Of a stretch of DNA of 64,000 nucleotides, positions 55,526 through 64,000 are shown piece by piece. Each line of letters opens with the position of its first letter. Within the stretch, counting starts at the first letter, position 1. The DNA lies in the NCBI GenBank assembly GCA_040954595.2, contig CM082592.2, positions 10,128,631 to 10,192,630 of the forward strand, given 5' to 3'. The notes under the pieces are model-generated. The model had not been told where the DNA came from. It made no database searches and saw only the letters and a program-made list of their open reading frames with translations. Source of the stretch: Balanoglossus misakiensis. Lineage: Eukaryota > Animalia > Hemichordata. The position numbers and the translations under genes were made by a program.

Positions 55526-58500
55526 CATGGGTTATAGCTCATGAAAGTTGCATTGTCAAAAACGGAAAAATTCTTGCCTTTGAGAATTTTGATTTTTTGT
55601 GTTTTAACATTTTTCATGGGATATAGCTCATGAAAGTTGCCAAAAACCGAAAAATTCTTGACTTTGAGAATTTTGATTTTTTGTCTTCTTTGGACATTTT
55701 TCATGGGATAAAGCTCATGGAAATGTTGAAAAATCGACGATTTTCCGACTTTGCCAATTTTCAAAATTTGGTCATTTTTTGAAAAAAACATGGGTTATAG
55801 CTCAGGAAAATGTCGAAAAATCGACGATTTTCCGACTTTGCCAATTTTCAAAATTTGGTCATTTCTTGAAAAAACCATGGGTTATAGCTCAGGAAAATGT
55901 CGAAAAATCGACGATTTTCCGACTTTGCCAATTTTCAAAATTTGGTCATTTCTTGAAAAAAACATGGGTTATAGCTCAGGAAAATGTCGAAAAATCGACG
56001 ATTTTCCGACTTTGCCAATTTTCAAAATTTGGTCATTTCTTGAAAAAACCATGGGTTATAGCTCAGGAAAATGTCGAAAAATCGACGATTTTCCGACTTT
56101 GCCAATTTTCAAAATTTGGTCATTTCTTGAAAAAACCATGGGTTATAGCTCAGGAAAATGTCGAAAAATCGACGATTTTCCGACTTTGACAATTTTCAAA
56201 ATTTGGTCATTTCTTGAAAAAACCATGGGTTATAGCTCAGGAAAATGTCGAAAAATCGACGATTTTCCGACTTTGCCAATTTTCAAAATTTGGTCATTTC
56301 TTGAAAAAAACATGGGTTATAGCTCAGGAAAATGTCGAAAAATCGACGATTTTCCGCCTTTGCCAATTTTCAAAATTTGGTCATTTTTTGAAAAAACCAT
56401 GGGTTATAGCTCAGGAAAATGTCGAAAAATCGACGATTTTCCGACTTTGCCAATTTTCAAAATTTGGTCATTTTTTGAAAAAACCATGGGTTATAGCTCA
56501 GGAAAATGTCGAAAAATCGACGATTTTCCGACTTTGCCAATTTTCAAAATTTGGTCATTTTTTGAAAAACCATGGGTAATAGCTCAGGAAAATGTCGAAA
56601 AATCGACGATTTTCCGACTTTGCCAATTTTCAAAATTTGGTCATTTCTTGAAAAAACCATGGGTTATAGCTCAGGAAAATGTCGAAAAATCGACGATTTT
56701 CCGACTTTGCCAATTTTCAAAATTTGGTCATTTCTTGAAAAAACCATGGGTTATAGCTCAGGAAAATGTCGAAAAATCGACGATTTTCCGACTTTGCCAA
56801 TTTTCAAAATTTGGTCATTTTTTGAAAAAACCATGGGTTATAGGTCAGGAAAATGTCGAAAAATCGACGATTTTCCGACTTTGCCAATTTTCAAAATTTG
56901 GTCATTTCTTGAAAAAACCATGGGTTATAGCTCAGGAAAATGTCGAAAAATCGACGATTTTCCGACTTTGCCAATTTTCAAAATTTGGTCATTTCTTGAA
57001 AAAAACATGGGTTATAGCTCAGGAAAATGTCGAAAAATCGACGATTTTCCGACTTTGCCAATTTTCAAAATTTGGTCATTTCTTGAAAAAACCATGGGTT
57101 ATAGCTCAGGAAAATGTCGAAAAATCGACGATTTTCCGACTTTGCCAATTTTCAAAATTTGGTCATTTCTTGAAAAAACCATGGGTTATAGCTCAGGAAA
57201 ATGTCGAAAAATCGACGATTTTCCGACTTTGACAATTTTCAAAATTTGGTCATTTCTTGAAAAAACCATGGGTTATAGCTCAGGAAAATGTCGAAAAATC
57301 GACGATTTTCCGACTTTGCCAATTTTCAAAATTTGGTCATTTCTTGAAAAAAACATGGGTTATAGCTCAGGAAAATGTCGAAAAATCGACGATTTTCCGC
57401 CTTTGCCAATTTTCAAAATTTGGTCATTTTTTGAAAAAACCATGGGTTATAGCTCAGGAAAATGTCGAAAAATCGACGATTTTCCGACTTTGCCAATTTT
57501 CAAAATTTGGTCATTTTTTGAAAAAACCATGGGTTATAGCTCAGGAAAATGTCGAAAAATCGACGATTTTCCGACTTTGCCAATTTTCAAAATTTGGTCA
57601 TTTTTTGAAAAAACCATGGGTAATAGCTCAGGAAAATGTCGAAAAATCGACGATTTTCCGACTTTGCCAATTTTCAAAATTTGGTCATTTCTTGAAAAAA
57701 CCATGGGTTATAGCTCAGGAAAATGTCGAAAAATCGACGATTTTCCGACTTTGCCAATTTTCAAAATTTGGTCATTTCTTGAAAAAACCATGGGTTATAG
57801 CTCAGGAAAATGTCGAAAAATCGACGATTTTCCGACTTTGCCAATTTTCAAAATTTGGTCATTTCTTGAAAAAACCATGGGTTATAGCTCGGGAAAATGT
57901 CGAAAAATCGACGATTTTCCGACTTTGCCAATTTTCAAAATTTGGTCATTTCTTGAAAAAACCATGGGTTATAGCTCAGGAAAATGTCGAAAAATCGACG
58001 ATTTTCCGACTTTGCCAATTTTCAAAATTTGGTCATTTCTTGAAAAAACCATGGGTTATAGCTCAGGAAAATGTCGAAAAATCGACGATTTTCCGACTTT
58101 GCCAATTTTCAAAATTTGGTCATTTTTTGAAAAAACCATGGGTTATAGCTCAGGAAAATGTCGAAAAATCGACGATTTTCCGACTTTGCCAATTTTCAAA
58201 ATTTGGTCATTTTTTGAAAAAACCATGGGTTATAGCTCAGGAAAATGTCGAAAAATCGACGATTTTCCGACTTTGCCAATTTTCAAAATTTGGTCATTTT
58301 TTGAAAAAACCATGGGTTATAGCTCAGGAAAATGTCGAAAAATCGACGATTTTCCGACTTTGCCAATTTTCAAAATTTGGTCATTTTTTGAAAAAACCAT
58401 GGGTTATAGCTCAGGAAAATGTCGAAAAATCGACGATTTTCCGACTTTGCCAATTTTCAAAATTTGGTCATTTTTTGAAAAAACCATGGGTTATAGCTCA

Positions 58501-61500
58501 GGAAAATGTCGAAAAATCGACGATTTTCCGACTTTGCCAATTTTCAAAATTTGGTCATTTCTTGAAAAAACCATGGGTTATAGCTCAGGAAAATGTCGAA
58601 AAATCGACGATTTTCCGACTTTGCCAATTTTCAAAATTTGGTCATTTCTTGAAAAAACCATGGGTTATAGCTCAGGAAAATGTCGAAAAATCGACGATTT
58701 TCCGACTTTGCCAATTTTCAAAATTTGGTCATTTCTTGAAAAAACCATGGGTTATAGCTCAGGAAAATGTCGAAAAATCGACGATTTTCCGACTTTGCCA
58801 ATTTTCAAAATTTGGTCATTTCTTGAAAAAACCATGGGTTATAGCTCAGGAAAATGTCGAAAAATCGACGATTTTCCGACTTTGCCAATTTTCAAAATTT
58901 GGTCATTTCTTGAAAAAACCATGGGTTATAGCTCAGGAAAATGTCGAAAAATCGACGATTTTCCGACTTTGCCAATTTTCAAAATTTGGTCATTTCTTGA
59001 AAAAACCATGGGTTATAGCTCAGGAAAATGTCGAAAAATCGACGATTTTCCGACTTTGCCAATTTTCAATTTTTTGAAAAAACCATGGGTTATAGCTCAG
59101 GAAAATGTCGAAAAATCGACGATTTTCCGACTTTGCCAATTTTTAAAATTTGGTCATTTTTTGAAAAAACCATGGGTTATAGCTCAGGAAAATGTCGAAA
59201 AATCGACGATTTTCCGACTTTGCCAATTTTCAAAATTTGGTCATTTTTTTGAAAAAACCATGGGTTATAGCTCAGGAAAATGTCGAAAAATCGACGATTT
59301 TCCGACTTTGCCAATTTTCAAAATTTGGTCATTTCTTGAAAAAACCATGGGTTATAGCTCAGGAAAATGTCGAAAAATCGACGATTTTCCGACTTTGCCA
59401 ATTTTCAAAATTTGGTCATTTCTTGAAAAAACCATGGGTTATAGCTCAGGAAAATGTCGAAAAATCGACGATTTTCCGACTTTGCCAATTTTCAAAATTT
59501 GGTCATTTCTTGAAAAAACCATGGGTTATAGCTCAGGAAAATGTCGAAAAATCGACGATTTTCCGACTTTGCCAATTTTCAAAATTTGGTCATTTCTTGA
59601 AAAAACCATGGGTTATAGCTCAGGAAAATGTCGAAAAATCGACGATTTTCCGACTTTGCCAATTTTCAAAATTTGGTCATTTCTTGAAAAAACCATGGGT
59701 TATAGCTCAGGAAAATGTCGAAAAATCGACGATTTTCCGACTTTGCCAATTTTCAAAATTTGGTCATTTTTTGAAAAAACCATGGGTTATATCTCAGGAA
59801 AATGTCGAAAAATCGACGATTTTCCGACTTTGCCAATTTTCAAAATTTGGTCATTTCTTGAAAAAACCATGGGTTATAGCTCAGGAAAATGTCGAAAAAT
59901 CGACGATTTTCCGACTTTGCCAATTTTCAAAATTTGGTCATTTTTTGAAAAAACCATGGGTTATAGCTCAGGAAAATGTCGAAAAATCGACGATTTTCCG
60001 ACTTTGCCAATTTTCAAAATTTGGTCATTTTTTGAAAAAACCATGGGTTATAGCTCAGGAAAATGTCGAAAAATCGACGATTTTCCGACTTTGCCAATTT
60101 TCAAAATTTGGTCATTTTTTGAAAAAACCATGGGTTATAGCTCAGGAAAATGTCGAAAAATCGACGATTTTCCGACTTTGCCAATTTTCAAAATTTGGTC
60201 ATTTTTTGAAAAAACCATGGGTTATAGCTCAGGAAAATGTCGAAAAATCGACGATTTTCCGACTTTGCCAATTTTCAAAATTTGGTCATTTCTTGAAAAA
60301 ACCATGGGTTATAGCTCAGGAAAATGTCGAAAAATCGACGATTTTCCGACTTTGCCAATTTTCAAAATTTGGTCATTTTTTGAAAAAACCATGGGTTATA
60401 GCTCAGGAAAATGTCGAAAAATCGACGATTTTCCGACTTTGCCAATTTTCAAAATTTGGTCATTTCTTGAAAAAACCATGGGTTATAGCTCAGGAAAATG
60501 TCGAAAAATCGACGATTTTCCGACTTTGCCAATTTTCAATTTTTTGAAAAAACCATGGGTTATAGCTCAGGAAAATGTCGAAAAATCGACGATTTTCCGA
60601 CTTTGCCAATTTTTAAAATTTGGTCATTTTTTGAAAAAACCATGGGTTATAGCTCAGGAAAATGTCGAAAAATCGACGATTTTCCGACTTTGCCAATTTT
60701 CAAAATTTGGTCATTTTTTTGAAAAAACCATGGGTTATAGCTCAGGAAAATGTCGAAAAATCGACGATTTTCCGACTTTGCCAATTTTCAAAATTTGGTC
60801 ATTTCTTGAAAAAACCATGGGTTATAGCTCAGGAAAATGTCGAAAAATCGACGATTTTCCGACTTTGCCAATTTTCAAAATTTGGTCATTTCTTGAAAAA
60901 ACCATGGGTTATAGCTCAGGAAAATGTCGAAAAATCGACGATTTTCCGACTTTGCCAATTTTCAAAATTTGGTCATTTCTTGAAAAAACCATGGGTTATA
61001 GCTCAGGAAAATGTCGAAAAATCGACGATTTTCCGACTTTGCCAATTTTCAAAATTTGGTCATTTCTTGAAAAAACCATGGGTTATAGCTCAGGAAAATG
61101 TCGAAAAATCGACGATTTTCCGACTTTGCCAATTTTCAAAATTTGGTCATTTCTTGAAAAAACCATGGGTTATAGCTCAGGAAAATGTCGAAAAATCGAC
61201 GATTTTCCGACTTTGCCAATTTTCAAAATTTGGTCATTTTTTGAAAAAACCATGGGTTATATCTCAGGAAAATGTCGAAAAATCGACGATTTTCCGACTT
61301 TGCCAATTTTCAAAATTTGGTCATTTTTTGAAAAAACCATGGGTTATAGCTCAGGAAAATGTCGAAAAATCGACGATTTTCCGACTTTGCCAATTTTCAA
61401 AATTTGGTCATTTTTTGAAAAAACCATGGGTTATAGCTCAGGAAAATGTCGAAAAATCGACGATTTTCCGACTTTGCCAATTTTCAAAATTTGGTCATTT

Positions 61501-64000
61501 TTTGAAAAAACCATGGGTTATAGCTCAGGAAAATGTCGAAAAATCGACGATTTTCCGACTTTGCCAATTTTCAAAATTTGGTCATTTTTTGAAAAAACCC
61601 ATGGGTTATAGCTCAGGAAAATGTCGAAAAATCGACGATTTTCCGACTTTGCCAATTTTCAAAATTTGGTCATTTTTTGAAAAAACCATGGGTTATAGCT
61701 CAGGAAAATGTCGAAAAATCGACGATTTTCCGACTTTGCCAATTTTCAAAATTTGGTCATTTTTTGAAAAAACCATGGGTTATAGCTCAGGAAAATGTCG
61801 AAAAATCGACGATTTTCCGACTTTGCCAATTTTCAAAATTTGGTCATTTTTGAAAAAACCATGGGTTATAGCTCAGGAAAATGTCGAAAAATCGACGATT
61901 TTCCGACTTTGCCAATTTTCAAAATTTGGTCATTTTTTGAAAAAACCATGGGTTATAGCTCAGGAAAATGTCGAAAAATCGACGATTTTCCGACTTTGCC
62001 AATTTTCAAAATTTGGTCATTTTTTGAAAAAACCATGGGTTATAGCTCAGGAAAATGTCGAAAAATCGACGATTTTCCGACTTTGCCAATTTTCAAAATT
62101 TGGTCATTTTTTGAAAAAACCATGGGTTATAGCTCAGGAAAATGTCGAAAAATCGACGATTTTCCGACTTTGCCAATTTTCAAAATTTGGTCATTTTTTG
62201 AAAAAAACCATGGGTTATAGCTCAGGAAAATGTCGAAAAATCGACGATTTTCCGACTTTGCCAATTTTCAAAATTTGGTCATTTTTTGAAAAAAACCATG
62301 GGTTATAGCTCAGGAAAATGTCGAAAAATCGACGATTTTCCGACTTTGCCAATTTTCAAAATTTGGTCATTTTTTGAAAAAAACCATGGGTTATAGCTCA
62401 GGAAAATGTCGAAAAATCGACGATTTTCCGACTTTGCCAATTTTCAAAATTTGGTCATTTTTTGAAAAAAACCATGGGTTATAGCTCAGGAAAATGTCGA
62501 AAAATCGACGATTTTCCGACTTTGCCAATTTTCAAAATTTGGTCATTTTTTGAAAAAACCATGGGTTATAGCTCAGGAAAATGTCGAAAAATCGACGATT
62601 TTCCGACTTTGCCAATTTTCAAAATGTGGTCATTTTTTGAAAAACCATGGGTTATAGCTCAGGAAAATGTCGAAAAATCGACGATTTTCCGACTTTGCCA
62701 ATTTTCAAAATTTGGTCATTTTTTGAAAAAACCATGGGTTATAGCTCAGGAAAATGTCGAAAAATCGACGATTTTCCGACTTTGCCAATTTTCAAAATTT
62801 GGTCATTTTTTGAAAAAAACCATGGGTTATAGCTCAGGAAAATGTCGAAAAATCGACGATTTTCCGACTTTGCCAATTTTCAAAATTTGGTCATTTTTTG
62901 AAAAAAACCATGGGTTATAGCTCAGGAAAATGTCGAAAAATCGACGATTTTCCGACTTTGCCAATTTTCAAAATTTGGTCATTTTTTGAAAAAACCATGG
63001 GTTATAGCTCAGGAAAATGTCGAAAAATCGACGATTTTCCGACTTTGCCAATTTTCAAAATTTGGTCATTTTTTGAAAAAACCATGGGTTATAGCTCAGG
63101 AAAATGTCGAAAAATCGACGATTTTCCGACTTTGCCAATTTTCAAAATTTGGTCATTTTTTGAAAAAACCATGGGTTATAGCTCAGGAAAATGTCGAAAA
63201 ATCGACGATTTTCCGACTTTGCCAATTTTCAAAATTTGGTCATTTTTTGAAAAAACCATGGGTTATAGCTCAGGAAAATGTCGAAAAATCGACGATTTTC
63301 CGACTTTGCCAATTTTCAAAATTTGGTCATTTTTTGAAAAAACCATGGGTTATAGCTCAGGAAAATGTCGAAAAATCGACGATTTTCCGACTTTGCCAAT
63401 TTTCAAAATTTGGTCATTTTTTGAAAAAACCATGGGTTATAGCTCAGGAAAATGTCGAAAAATCGACGATTTTCCGACTTTGCCAATTTTCAAAATTTGG
63501 TCATTTTTTGAAAAAACCATGGGTTATAGCTCAGGAAAATGTCGAAAAATCGACGATTTTCCGACTTTGCCAATTTCAAAATTTGGTCATTTTTTGAAAA
63601 AACCATGGGTTATAGCTCAGGAAAATGTCGAAAAATCGACGATTTTCCGACTTTGCCAATTTTCAAAATTTGGTCATTTCTTGAAAAAACCATGGTTATA
63701 GCTCAGGAAAATGTCGAAAATCGACGATTTTCCGACTTTGCCAATTTTCAAAATTTGGTCATTTCTTGAAAAACCATGGGTTATAGCTCAGGAAAATGTC
63801 GAAAAATCGACGATTTTCCGACTTTGCCAATTTTCAAAATTTGGTCATTTCTTGAAAAAACCATGGGTTATAGCTCAGGAAAATGTCGAAAAATCGACGA
63901 TTTTCCGACTTTGAACTCTCACGAGATGTGGTCATTTCTTGAAAAAAACCATGGGTTATAGCTCAGGAAATGTCGAAAAATCGACGATTTTCCGACTTTG
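55526..64000. repeat. 87-bp tandem satellite array (~95 homogeneous monomers plus diverged edge units), runs off window
   Basis: Monomer: CATGGGTTATAGCTCAGGAAAATGTCGAAAAATCGACGATTTTCCGACTTTGCCAATTTTCAAAATTTGGTCATTT(C/T)TTGAAAAAAC. Monomer starts are at 55526, 55615, 55702, 55789 and onward. Confidence 0.98.

Noticed and set aside
55751-63961. Very long ORFs (up to 1679 aa) of 29-aa repeats
   Set aside because: The 87-bp unit is divisible by 3 and lacks stops in two frames. ORFs switch frames at homopolymer indels and show no sign of coding constraint, so they are satellite artefacts.
55702-64000. CRISPR-like array
   Set aside because: There are no unique spacers and no cas genes, and the context is eukaryotic. 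The units are contiguous near-identical monomers.
61590-64000. Rising indel rate and an odd monomer near 63913 as biological decay of the array
   Set aside because: Most changes are homopolymer length differences, which fit lower consensus accuracy near a contig end equally well. This cannot be resolved without reads.

Overview
This is eukaryotic DNA from an intron-rich, AT-rich animal genome. It is probably an invertebrate deuterostome, but the species cannot be established from the window. Bases 1 to ~55,400 hold a compact cluster of 12 spliced genes: PPIL2 (-, 3' end runs off the window), an unnamed type-I membrane protein (+), CENPQ-like (-), RFC2 (+), CCDC74-like (-), KIAA0753/Moonraker (+), SELENOH (+), TRMT2A (-), RANBP1 (+), two tandem ERP29 paralogs (-) and TBCCD1 (+). 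Ten of these sit in five head-to-head pairs. From ~55,500 to the end is an 87-bp tandem satellite with nested 12-mer and 17-mer higher-order duplications; its long ORFs are repeat artefacts. The ORF track misses several features. (1) The selenoprotein H gene has a CxxU motif split by an intron, an in-frame TGA, a well-formed SECIS and an unusually long acidic N-terminus with two AT-hooks. (2) RANBP1 intron 1 contains a 644-bp foldback element with 315-bp arms and a 9-bp target-site duplication. (3) TBCCD1 contains a U12 minor-spliceosome intron. (4) The TRMT2A/RANBP1 bidirectional arrangement known from mammals is present. (5) There is a small dispersed MITE-like family and a double-hairpin element. 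Gene calls come from manual exon joining and remembered motif similarity; no database search was run.
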